From Trichodelitschia bisporula (Eukaryota), in contig ML996691.1 of assembly GCA_010356995.1 (NCBI GenBank), positions 1 to 64,000 of the forward strand: 64,000 nt of DNA, given 5' to 3'. Under the pieces are notes generated by a model. That model did no database searches, was not told where the DNA came from, and saw only the letters and a program-made list of their open reading frames with translations. The position numbers and the translations under genes are program-made. Shown here piece by piece: positions 1 to 10,127 of the stretch. The number at the start of each line of letters is the position of its first letter. The first letter of the stretch is position 1.

Positions 1-2
1 CA

Positions 3-809
3 ACCGGTTTCGCCCCGTTCGAGGCCACCAAGGGTTACGTGCCACGTTGGGGAATTGAGCCGCCAGAGCCCGGCGACCAGGACTTGACAGTCAAGGACAA
101 GCTGTCACGACAACAAGTTGACCGCATCATCAGCCGCATCATCAAAGTCCGCGAAACACTCAAGCATCAAATGGCCTGGGCTCAGGCTGTGCAGAAGGAG
201 TACGCGGATCGACATCGCATCCCAGCGCCCGAGTTCCGCGTTGGTGACATGGTTATGCTCGATGCAAGGAATGTTGCAACAAACCGTCCAAGCCGCAAGC
301 TCGACCACCGCAACCTGGGCCGGTTCAAAGTGATTGACATTGGAAAAAACGGTAGCGCTGTCAAGCTGGAGCTACCTCCCTCGTTCAAGATCTTCCCATG
401 GTTTCATCCGGTGCTCCTGCACCACGCGGATCCCCCGGTTTTGGGCCAAGAAGAGGAAGAGCCTGGCCCGTTGGAAGTGCACGAGGGGGAAGCGGAATGG
501 GAAGTTGAAGAGGTCTTGAATTCGCGGGTGTTCAAGGGGAAGAAAGACCCGCTGACGGGCAAAAGAGAGTACTTGCAGTACATGGTGAAGTGGAGAGGCT
601 GGCCTGATGACCGGAAGTGGTACGACTGGGATGACTTGGTGGGATGCCCGGCGTTGATAGCGGCTTTCCACCGCACATATCGATCCAAACCGGGACCACA
701 TGAGTCATTCAAGAAGTATACCTCCGAGACTTGGGATGCCTGGGAGAAGGATGTGGAGGACAACATTGCAGCAAGATTGGCCCTGATGGTGTTAAAAAAG
801 GAGGTTTGA
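3..809 (+). CDS. pol: Retrotransposon Pol C-terminus (integrase plus chromodomain), partial
   Basis: Frame open from base 3 to TGA at 807-809; GPY/F-like module and chromodomain motifs. Confidence 0.92.
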   Translation, partial: TGFAPFEATKGYVPRWGIEPPEPGDQDLTVKDKLSRQQVDRIISRIIKVRETLKHQMAWAQAVQKEYADRHRIPAPEFRVGDMVMLDARNVATNRPSRKLDHRNLGRFKVIDIGKNGSAVKLELPPSFKIFPWFHPVLLHHADPPVLGQEEEEPGPLEVHEGEAEWEVEEVLNSRVFKGKKDPLTGKREYLQYMVKWRGWPDDRKWYDWDDLVGCPALIAAFHRTYRSKPGPHESFKKYTSETWDAWEKDVEDNIAARLALMVLKKEV

Positions 810-913
810 TGGGATTTTGGAGTGGGATCTTAGAGTGGGCATTTGGGGGTCCTGAGGGCGGCGCAATAGGTGTAGGGCTGGCTCGCAGGAGCTCGCCCCT
901 TAAGGGGGGATCG

Positions 914-1145
914 TGTCGTGGGAGACCAATGCGGGGCCTTAACCTCATTGGCTCCCCGCGATCTTCCCCCGCGGCTGCTGCCACGTCACGCCAGCCTTCC
1001 CGCACCCCGCTGTGCCTTAGGCAGACGGCAGCGCGATCTGCTCAAGAGTCTGGCGGCTCGCTCTTCAGATAGATCTTTGTGGAAGTAACTTGTTCATGCC
1101 TGCACCATACCCATCGTGACTTCCACACTTTTGCACGCCCTGACA
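914..1145 (+). repeat. 3' LTR (~232 bp) of the Gypsy element
   Basis: Starts TGTCGTGGG three bases after the PPT and ends GCCCTGACA, giving imperfect inverted termini TG...CA. The end could alternatively be 1149 (second GACA). Confidence 0.75.
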
Positions 1146-1207
1146 GACAGAGCTTGAACTATTATCTGCCTCGCGATGTACCCTGTCCGCCGTACGCACT
1201 ACCGCAA

Positions 1208-2501
1208 TTAGACCCTCGTCCTCAGCTTCCGCTCCATTTTCAGCCTTAGACCCATGATCAGAAGGGCCGCGGCCATAGCCATGCCACCGGCATAAAACAT
1301 CGCCGGCCGATATGAGACGAAGCCCTTCTCGGGACCCCCAAACGTATCAAGCAGATACCCCGCAATAGGCGCCCCCATCAGATACCCCCCGGCCCACCCA
1401 GTAACCACCATGCCCATAGCTACTGCGACTCTGGCACTACCAAACACACTGCCAACAACGGTCGGCATCGTCGCAAAGAACGCCCCATTCGCCGCCCCAT
1501 TAACAACCACGAATACGACCAGCGGACCAAGCGTATGCGTCAACGGCCACAGTGTCAGCATACTTACAGCCCCAAACACCAGTCCAATGAGTAAGGCATG
1601 CAGCGGGCCGAGAACATCACACACCACTCCGAACCCGACCCGCCCACCTGCACTCGCGATGTTGAAGCCTGCCACCAGCGCCGCACCAGTCGCGGCGCTC
1701 AGCCCAATGGACTCACAATACAGCGGGAGGAAGAAAGGCGGCACGAACAGCGGGAATGTGCCAATTGCGCCAGCAGCGAAGAGCAGCGCGAACCGCGGAT
1801 CACGAAACAATGTCCAGTCGATAAGCGCTCGGCGGGGCACGGCGCCAGCATCTCGCACAATCCATGCTGCGGGCAAGGCCGTGGCAAGCGTAGAGAGACC
1901 GAGAATCCGGAAGGTCCACGCCGGGCCGGACCGCGCGATGATCTTTTCAGCTGTAAAGGAGGTGAAGGCGCCACCGAGTCCACTGCCTGAGAAGATGATT
2001 CCATTTGCGAGGCCGCGGCGTTCAGGTGGGAAAAAGGCGGCTGGAACAGTAGCGATGACCATGAAACAGAGGCTTCAAGGTTAGGCCGGTTCGACTGATG
2101 TGCGGGACGCACCTCGATCCGTAGCCCGTAATCAATCCGATGGTAATGAACAAGCCGGAAATGCTCCGCACGGCTGCACTGGCAAGCAACTCCCCCACCA
2201 CGAGGAGCGACACCCCTAGCAAAGCCGCCCGCTGCGCACCAAGCGCATGTACCACACGAGCGTTAGGGATCGCAAATACGGCAATACACACGACCCAGCA
2301 GCCGCCCACAAAGGAAAGCAGGGTGGGATCGCCAACTCCGTCAGTGACGAGTGCAGCCTGGATCACGCCCCAACTGTAGCTAGTGCCGACGCACCAGAAA
2401 GTGAGCACCGTTGCCGCGGCGATAACCCAGACGGGCGAAGGTGGCGAACGGGAGGGGGAGGTGACGGAGGTGACGGAGGTGACGGAGGTGACGGAATCCA
2501 T
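1208..2501 (-). CDS. MFS transporter, monocarboxylate porter (MCT/Mch) family
   Basis: Exons 2501-2113 and 2072-1208; 40-nt intron GTGCGT..CTAAC..AAG joins GSS-LCFMVIA. Motifs YSWGV.Q, RRGLANGI..SGSGLGG, GRVGFG..CD..G and about 12 hydrophobic segments. The N-terminus has an SVT x4 repeat (9-bp unit, ~2457-2494). Confidence 0.9.
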
Positions 2502-2763
2502 GCCGATCAACTTGTCGATCAAAGTCGAAATGATGGTGGATGAGGTCGTCCGACCTGTATGGTTTTTATCCACCGGCTGTCGGCGTCGGCTTCAGCTTCA
2601 TGGTGTCGATACCCCGCATCACACTGTCTACCAGCCTGCCTAATCCAGTAAGACCGTGCCGCCGTGACCTGCAAGGCGGGATGCTTATCTCAACATCGGG
2701 AGCTTGGGGCGGCGTGGGGCGGCTTTAAACCAGCTCCGACCCCTCAAGGTGGGTTCGTCAGAG

Positions 2764-4493
2764 ATGTCGGAAAAAGGCGCCCTCGATTTCTCTCCGCGGC
2801 CATTGCGGCCATCGCGGCTCAATTATGGAAAATATGCCATTCTCATCATCGCCGCAGCATTCTGGCTGGTTTATGTCAGTGCACAGCGGCAAGCCTCCCG
2901 GGTTTCCCCACTTTCCGACTGTGCGCAGGTTCCGCCGGTCCTTCCCACCACCCTGCCGGAGCTTGACGAGCACCTGAAGAGTTCGGCATTTCGCAACACA
3001 TCCATCGCGCGCCTTTCCAACAGCGTCAAGATTTACACTCCATCGTTCGATGACCTCGGTCCCGTTGGCGAGGACCCTCGATGGGATGTCTTCCCGCCGT
3101 TCGCAGCGTACCTGAACGCCACCTTTCCGCGGTTGCACACCGCGCTGACGGTCGAGCATGTCAACACCCACGGCCTGCTGTACACCTGGGCCGGCTCCGA
3201 TGACGCGCTCAAGCCCATCCTCTTCATGGCGCACCAAGACGTGGTGCCTGTCCCGGACGCAACGATTCCGGACTGGACATACCCACCTTTCAGCGGCGCG
3301 TACGACGGCAAGTTCATCTGGGGCCGTGGGGCCAGCGACGACAAAAGCCAGTTGATTGCGACGCTCTCCGCGCTGGAAGCACTTCTTGACGCGGGCTTCT
3401 CTCCGCAGCGTACAATCCTCGTGGCTCTCGGCATCGATGAAGAAAGCATGGGCTTGCAGGGCGCGGGAAAGATGGGCCCGTTCTTACTGGAGCGCTACGG
3501 GCCAGACGCGCTGGCGGCGATTGTCGACGAAGGCGCAGGATTTGTCCAGAAATGGGGCACGACGCTTGCTCTGCCTGGTATTGCGGAGAAGGGGTACCTC
3601 GACGTCCAAATCGTGGTCCGCACGTTGGGCGGGCACAGCAGCATACCGCCGGCACACACGGGGATCGGGGTCATGAGCAAGCTGATTGTGGCGTTGGAGA
3701 ATGAGCCATATCACCCCGAGATTAGCGCGGAAAACCCGATCACAACGCTGCTCACCTGCGGCGCTGCGCACGGTGATGACTTCCCAAAGAAGCTCCGCCG
3801 CCTGTTGAAGGTGGGAAAGAAGCAAGTTCTCGCTCATGAGGTTGCCAAGGATCCCCAGGCAAAGTACCTCATCACGACGGCTCAGTCGGTCACCGTCATC
3901 AACGGCGGCATCAAGGCCAACGCGCTGCCGGAGAAGGTCATCGCGAACATCAACTATCGTGTCAACATCGGGTCGACAACGGACTCCGTCAAGCACAAGC
4001 TCGAAGGCATCACGCGCCGCATTGCGAAGCAGCACAACATGACGGTCGTCCCCATATCGGAGTCCGCGCCAGGTACAATCAGCATCCTGTACCACAGCGC
4101 GCTGGAGCCGGCGCCGGTATCGCCGACAGAAGGCCCTGTATGGAGCTTGATTGCGGGGACGACGCGCGCGCTGTACGGCGAGGAAGTCATTGTTGCTGGA
4201 GGTCATATGACAGGGAACACGGACACGAAGTACTTCTGGCCGCTGACAGTAAGTTTGCCTGCGTGTTTGTGGGCAAGGCTGACCGTCAGAAACACATTTT
4301 TCGCTTTGGCATGGGGTGGGATGGCTCCAGTGAAGGGTAGGTCTTCTTATTACGTGGACGATGCAGGCAGGCTAATGAATGCAGTATGGGAAACATTCAC
4401 ACCGTCGATGAGAGGGCCAGCGTCGCAGGTCATCTCAATGCCATTCGTTGGATTAGCATGTTTGTGCGGAATGCGGACGCGGCGGAGCTGTGA
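2764..4493 (+). CDS. CPS1: Vacuolar Gly-Xaa carboxypeptidase S (peptidase M20A), type II membrane anchor
   Basis: Exons 2764-4248, 4290-4336, 4385-4493. Motifs MAHQDVVP, GRGASDDK, DEES, VDEG, GGHSS, GNTDT and IHTVDE after splicing; N-terminal TM segment. Confidence 0.92.
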
Positions 4494-5411
4494 TGTGTTG
4501 CCGAAAATTGTGGATCGGACATCTCTGAGTGCGGCAGAATAGGCAGGGTGGTGTTTGTCGGAACGAGTGTCTTCCTCAGTTGCCTTAAGAGGTCGCCGTG
4601 CTAGACAATTGCTGGCGGTGGTGGCTAGATGTACGGTACCCAATCCACCGGCTCCAAGCCCTTCTCTTCACCGAACGCTTGGGCCAAGCTTCCCCGTGTG
4701 AATGACTTTCTTAGCAGCTTCAAACTCAGTCCCCATCTCCTTTCCGGCTCCATCATCCTCCCTCTGTAATCAGCCTCCGTACTGTCCACATCCCTTTCCT
4801 CCTCGTAAGTTCTCCAACCACGGTCCCCTAATCTCGCAGGTCCGTATCACTGACTTCAGTAGTGCCTACCAATAGTCGCCTAGCACCCGCCGTCGTCCGA
4901 TATCTTCTTTGAAATCCACCACAGCAGCACAATGTTCAGCATCACTTTCACGGCCCCGCGGGGTGTACCGTTCCGCGTCCGCGCCCGCGCCCGTCCCTCC
5001 CTTCCACGGCACCGGTCCGGGGTCGCCCATCTGTGACCTACACTACAGACAACGGCAGCGGCCGTAATTAGCCGTCATGCTGGGGCTATGGCATACGGTC
5101 AGCAACCGCTCATGCTGAAAGGCTCGAGATTGGGCAGTGGGGGTCCACGGATTTTAGGCTGCCTCACATCTGCGAGTTAGAGTCACAGAACAACGCTACC
5201 TGTGGAGATTACAATTAATGGGAAGCTGTTGTACTTAGGTATCTGACAACGTATGGTGACATTTCGCATGTGAATAAAATAACTACAAGTCATTTGCCAT
5301 GCATTGTGCGGCTTGTAAAGGCCTTGACTCTCCCCTCCTTTCATTCGCCACCGCCATCCCTTTGAAAGGCCGGTTTAGCCCCTGATTCACCAGTTTTTCT
5401 GCGCCTGACCC

Positions 5412-5810
5412 TCAATACTGCAGAGTGCCCGCCGTCCAGCGAGTGATCATATGGTCTCGCAGGGGCCAGGTCTTCCTGATGGCAAGACGGCGGGCACTCA
5501 TCATCAGGAAATCCCAGTTGAACGGGAGATACCCTGCCGCCACGGCCGCCCGGTTGAGCTGTGAGAGCTGGTGTTCCTCGCGCCAGTACAAGCGGCGCAT
5601 GGCACGCTTCAGCTCCCGGACAGACTCAACCGGGACGAGCGGCAGGCTATCCACCATGTCCTTCCAGAAGACCCCGCGCGGGTGCGGCGGCGGAATTGAC
5701 GGCCATGTGAGCTGTGATGCATTAATATATGTGCCGACGAAGTGCCGGAGAGGCTGTATTTTCCGGTACCAATATGGGGGGGATATTTACGAATTGACAT
5801 TTCCGCTCAT
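5412..5810 (-). CDS. Orphan small-protein family, copy A (5' structure unresolved)
   Basis: Frame reads QLTWPSIPPPHPRGVFWKDMVDSLP...RRLYWREEHQLSQLNRAAVAAG...MSARRLA...W...RW.AG..Y*. It aligns with the copies at 6058 and 6981. A putative first exon ATG(5810)..GTC AAT TC|gtaaat mirrors copy B, but I could not splice it in frame. Confidence 0.55.
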
Positions 5811-6057
5811 TGTGAAAAGCGCGTTGCTAAACGAAAGCTATGTAGCTGACTTTTTGCGATGCAACTCGTGCAGACCGGATTATGACTGCAGGGATTATGC
5901 GATCCTACATGCAAATGTCGCTCTGCAAAGGATGATGACAATTGAATTTGGTCTCAAGAGTAAATCATAGCTCAGCGCGACATACACGCTCCTCGCTGCA
6001 TTGAACCCCAACTTGCTTCCATACGCAACGTTGCAAGACTCAATACGTTGGTTCAGT

Positions 6058-6263
6058 TTAGTAAATTAGGGCTCCCGACACCCAGTGCTCCAACATGTCG
6101 TCTCTCAGCGCCCAAGCTTCGGCCACCACCAGACGGCGCGCAGACATAACAATGAACTCGCTACCGCGAGGGATGTGACCTGCAGCAACAGTGTCGCGGT
6201 CAAGCTGCGAGAGTTGCTTCTGGCGCCGCCAGTAAAGGTGATTGTAAAGCTACGGAGCAAAGA
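6058..6263 (-). pseudogene. Orphan small-protein family, copy C, 5'-truncated at an LTR
   Basis: 6249-6058 translates LYNHLYWRRQKQLSQLDRDTVAAGHIPRGSEFIVMSARRLVVAEAWALRDDMLEHWVSGALIY*. By hand count it has 31/59 ungapped identities to copy A. An in-frame TAG at 6252-6250 and the LTR at 6264 lie immediately upstream. Not in the ORF track. Confidence 0.75.
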
Positions 6264-6408
6264 TGTCAGGGACTGCGGGTAAGTAGGCCTAGTGTGTGAG
6301 TGTGAGTGCGGCGGCTTGGCACAGCGCCAAGCCCCACATAAACCCGGTGATGGTGCGAACCCATGGAGCTGCAGAACCGGGTGTAATACCGTGACACCCC
6401 CCCCCCTT
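6264..6408 (-). mobile_element. Short 3' LTR (6396-6264, 133 bp) with polypurine tract; remnant of a second LTR element
   Basis: The minus strand reads AAGGGGGGGGGG|TGTCACGG...GTCCCTGACA (PPT, then TGTCA...TGACA termini). Internal hairpin GGCTTGGC-N5-GCCAAGCC at 6313-6333. No partner LTR or pol found. Confidence 0.75.
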
Positions 6409-6980
6409 GCCTATATCGGCGAGAAGCCCGAGTACTCGGGCCCTACATGGACGTACTGTTAGTTTAGTCCTTCAGACACTTGTCCGGCGAAATTTGATTC
6501 TGCTGGCCACCCCGACTCAAAGCGGGACGCTTAAGAGATACTCGTAATGGAAACTCGACAGAGATGGACTTAAGAGACGCAAACAGAAGAGCGCGTAAAG
6601 ACGCCGGAGGAGGACACATGCAAAAAGGTTCAAAGAATGTCGCTCACAGAGAAGCTCAGGAGCGACACGTGCAGAGACGCTCATAGAGACGCTCAAGTGT
6701 TGCTCGAAGAGGAACGCATAGAACGCTCATGGAAGGACGTACAAAGACGCATCCCTTGCGTGCTTGCCCGAATGCACGCACAAAAGGGTTTCAACACGTA
6801 CGAAAGTTTAGCATGCAAGAAAGTCGTCGACGCGTAAGACAGTCTGATTACTGAAATTTTTTGACGACTCAATATTCATCAAGACGTAAACTCCTCATGA
6901 GTAAAAAGACGAGGGTGGTGTAGAGCAAGGTCCTCCACCGTGCAATGAAGGGGCCGACAGTGTCGAGGATGACACGGCGG

Positions 6981-7578
6981 CTACGAAAACCGATGTTTCA
7001 TCCCAGCCAGAACCCACCTCCCGTACATGACGTTCACCTCATGTGCAGTCGCAATTGCGGCGAGGCGGCCGGCATCCTTAGCAATGACGTCGCGAGGACG
7101 CGCCTGCCCACCCTCCGCCACAATGGCCGCGTTGATGGTGGTAAGTTTCTTGCGGATGCTCCAGTACCACCGCTTCGAGGCGAGGCGCGCATCGTTGACG
7201 AGATTGTGGGGGAAGCTGGCGGGGAGACTGTCTCGAATCGCGGCCCAGCCGTTGCCGCGGGCGGGAGCCGGCGGAATCACTGGCCAAGTGACCTGTAGGA
7301 TATCAGTGGATATGCCGAAAGGGGTATGCCAAAAATGATACGCTGAAAAAGCGTGCCGCGTAACTATGGTCAGAAAGGCGCAGCGGTGTAGGTGTAAAGA
7401 GTGCTGCTAAGATATTTATCGACCGCGTGTGTCATGTAAGAGAATATGTTTGATTTGTGCTTACTCCGTTGGCCGGGCTATATATGTTAGCTTCTGATTC
7501 CCGGCCCTATAACTATGGGCGTATTTACACATTAACCGGTAGAAGGCTCGCTGGCGGACCGCCCTGAGTGGAGGCCAT
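6981..7578 (-). CDS. Orphan small-protein family, copy B (~124 aa, best intact candidate)
   Basis: Model: exons 7578-7529, 7477-7465 (13-nt micro-exon) and 7292-6981; donors GTAAAT/GTAAGC, acceptors CTAAC..TAG and CTGAT..CAG. Gives MASTQGGPPASLLPVNVPANGVTWPVIPPAPARGNGW...DSLP...RWYW...INAAIVAEG...AGRLA...RW. The second acceptor could instead be at 7407/7404. Confidence 0.6.
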
Positions 7579-7591
7579 TGTAAGGAGAGAT

Positions 7592-7778
7592 TGTGTGTTG
7601 ATTGTGTTGTGTGTTGTGTGTTGATTTTGTGGTATGGAGGGTGCGTGGTGTGGAGGGTGCTGTGTGTTGATGGTGTGGTGTGTTGATTTTATGGTATGTT
7701 GATTTTGTGGTATGGAGGATGTGTGGTGTGGAGGGCGTGTGGTGTGGAGGGCGTGTGGTGTGGAGGGCGTGTAGTGTG
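7592..7778. repeat. GT-rich minisatellite
   Basis: GTGTGGTGTGGAGGGC x3 exact (7721-7768), TGTTGATTTTGTGGTATGGAGG x2 (7619-7640, 7697-7718), plus degenerate units. Confidence 0.9.
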
Positions 7779-8038
7779 CAGGTGTAAGGTCTAGGAGAAC
7801 TATTCATTTGTCAAGAAGCTGTATGCTTGATGGCCAAGCCGTGATGGCGGCGCTGGAACCACGGCTGCTAAAGGACAGTCGAAAAACCCCGCCAAGAACC
7901 AGCTCTCCGTCCCCTTTTCAATGGCCCAAGCCCTTTCCTTGAGACCGCAGCCTTGCCGCAAGAATCCAATCAAACAAGAACACCTAGATATGACGCCTAG
8001 AACTTCCAGCCTACTGTGACCACGCAAAGGGTAAAGCT

Positions 8039-9495
8039 TCACGCTTCTTTGCTCAGCACGTCCTCCTCATCCAGCGGCTTCGGCTTCAGATTCGCCAAAC
8101 AGGGCGCGTGAAACAGCTTGCCCGTCCATACGCCCTTGACTGTGCCCGCTGCAACGACAAACCAGAGCAAAATGACGCAGCAGTTGAAGATCTGACTCCA
8201 TTAGCTCGTCTGCCAAACAGCGCCCAAGCAGCGTCACTTACCATCCCCAGCACGCGGAAGAAACGCGACGGGAACTCCTGCCCCAGCAGCACCGTGCTGG
8301 CCGCATACACACCGAGCGGGAACACAAATCCCCACCAGCCCATGTTGAACGGAAACCGGCCGGACTGCAGGACCGTTGCGAGCGCGAAGAACAGCCACAC
8401 CAACCCAAAGGCCCACATGATGAGTGAGAGGAAGAAGCCGAAGAGGTACGCGAATTGCCCAGCCATTGGGTCGACGGCGCCGACCAGCGGGAACACCTTC
8501 TGCGCGACCTTGCCCAGGTACAGGATCCTGCGACGTCAGCCTCCCTTCCTTCTTGGTTCATCTTTCTTGACCCACCCGAAGCCTCCGAAGCCCAGCGGCC
8601 CCAGCGGCAGGCAGCAGCTCGCAATCGCTTCGCGCGGCGGCAGCTTATGCACCGCCAGCCGTTGATAGTAGATTACGAGAATCACCAGCGCCAGCGGTAG
8701 GCCCATGCCCCACAGGATGTACGACGCGACGAGCGTGCCGAACGCACGCTGCGGATGGGGCAGCACCTCGGCGACGCGCGCTCCAACGCCGCCGGCAACC
8801 ACCATCGCCGCTACCGGCAAGAGCTGTACAGCAGTAATACGCTCGAGCGACTTGATGTAGTTTGTAGACATCCTAATCATCAGCATGGCTCTTCTCAAAA
8901 AAGAAATCGGGCACTAACAGTAGGAACGGCAGCATGACGGCGACAGCTACAGCCACCACCGCGTCAATGATCCATACCCCCCACACAAACGTCACCGCCC
9001 AGGGGCCCCATGCTGGCACGCATACGAGCGTCCACATCTGGATCAGGGTCGCAAGGCCCATTGGGACGGTCCCGAGGAACAGCGAGTTGACCGGGTCGCG
9101 GACCATCACGCCCCAGCACTCGGGGTACAGTGTGTAACGCAAGATAGAAATGCCGAGAGCTAAGCCGAACAACAGCGCGTTGAGAGCGAAGAAGACAATG
9201 GACGGATAGTAAAGCTCGTGTGCGCCGTACGGCATGTTGTGTAGTAGGACGCCGACAATGCCGGTGCCCATGATGACGGAGAACCATCTACGCGATTAGC
9301 CCCATCTCAACTTCCACAATAAACCTACGAGGGCGTGAAGTTGCGCACCACGCGCCGCCAGCCGGCATCGTATTTGGCGAGGGGCATGAGGGGCTCCGGC
9401 TCCGGCCAACTGGACTTTCGGCCACTTGGGACTGCATGGGGCGGTACGGCCAACGTACTCTCGGGGAGGGGCATAGTGGGTGTGTTCGTCGCCAT
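8039..9495 (-). CDS. SSU1: Sulfite efflux pump / TDT (SLAC1, C4-dicarboxylate) family transporter
   Basis: Introns 9288-9328, 8873-8918, 8528-8575, 8192-8241. Motifs FTPSWFSVIMGTG, QRLAVHKLP, LPLGPLG, FNMGWWGFVFPLG, LFHAPCL. Start could be 9504, 9495 or a later ATG; TATAAA on the minus strand at 9535-9530. Confidence 0.88.
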
Positions 9496-10091
9496 CGCTT
9501 GCATATTTTTCAGGGCCGCCACCGTGAGCTTTATAGAGGCGGAATCAGAGCACGAAGGCGGAGCCCTTCAGGGACGGAGCTGCATCACGGCGGCATCAAA
9601 GGCGGCATCAAGGCGGCAGGTGCCATTGCGTAAGCGACTTCGCTGCAGGTGAGTCAGCGGGCAGCGGCGCATTTCCGGGGGAGTTCAAGCATTTAGAGGA
9701 GGTGAAACAATGCAGAGAGATGAGGAATCGAGCTGACTATTGATATGTAGATGAATTTTCCGATGCCCCAAGAGACCACCGTCGTTGTCGTTGCAACAAG
9801 CTAAGGAATCCATAGAAGCTAGACCGGACGCCTCAGGGCCTCCAGATGTGGTCAAGCACCAGCAATAATGTTGGCCTAATGTGCCTGGCTTGAAGCCGCC
9901 GCCATGGCTGACAGTGTCAAAATGTCTTTGCTCAAAACCCCGGCAATATGTGTGGCGAGGGAGGCAGTCAATTTTGTACAGTACCAGCCCGGCTGCAGAC
10001 GCCAAGCCCACACCAAAATTCACCCAACTTTTCTCAAGCCAAATTTCTCCACCACCTTCAACCGTCACCTCCACCTCAAATCACCCACACC

Positions 10092-10127
10092 GACCGGAGC
10101 GCCGATAATCACAGCGCAGAGATGGCC
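10092..10127 (+). promoter_or_regulatory. L30-binding kink-turn RNA element overlapping the RPL30 start codon
   Basis: GACCGGAGCGC-N11-GCGCAGAGATGGCC closely matches the S. cerevisiae RPL30 autoregulatory element as I recall it (GACCGGAGUGU...ACGCAGAGAUGGUC), with stem changes that preserve pairing. Confidence 0.8.

Larger units (their letters stand above)
1..1145 (+). mobile_element. Ty3/Gypsy (chromovirus) LTR retrotransposon, 3' end; 5' part lies outside the window
   Basis: Open frame 3..809 encodes an integrase tail (TGFAPFEATKGYVPR; RPSRKLDHRNLGRFKV...VKLELP...FHPVLL) and a chromodomain (WEVEEVLNSR...YMVKWRGW...WYDWDDL). It is followed by a polypurine tract AAGGGGGGA (902-910) and an LTR bounded by TGTC...GACA. 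Confidence 0.93.

Noticed and set aside
4626..4830. Possible fourth copy of the orphan family (EAWPKR...RW on the minus strand)
   Set aside because: Only a few residues match, a stop lies just upstream, and the YW and A.RL blocks are absent.
7532..7807. His/Thr-rich 91-aa ORF
   Set aside because: Translation of the CA-rich minisatellite; better explained as the leader of copy B.
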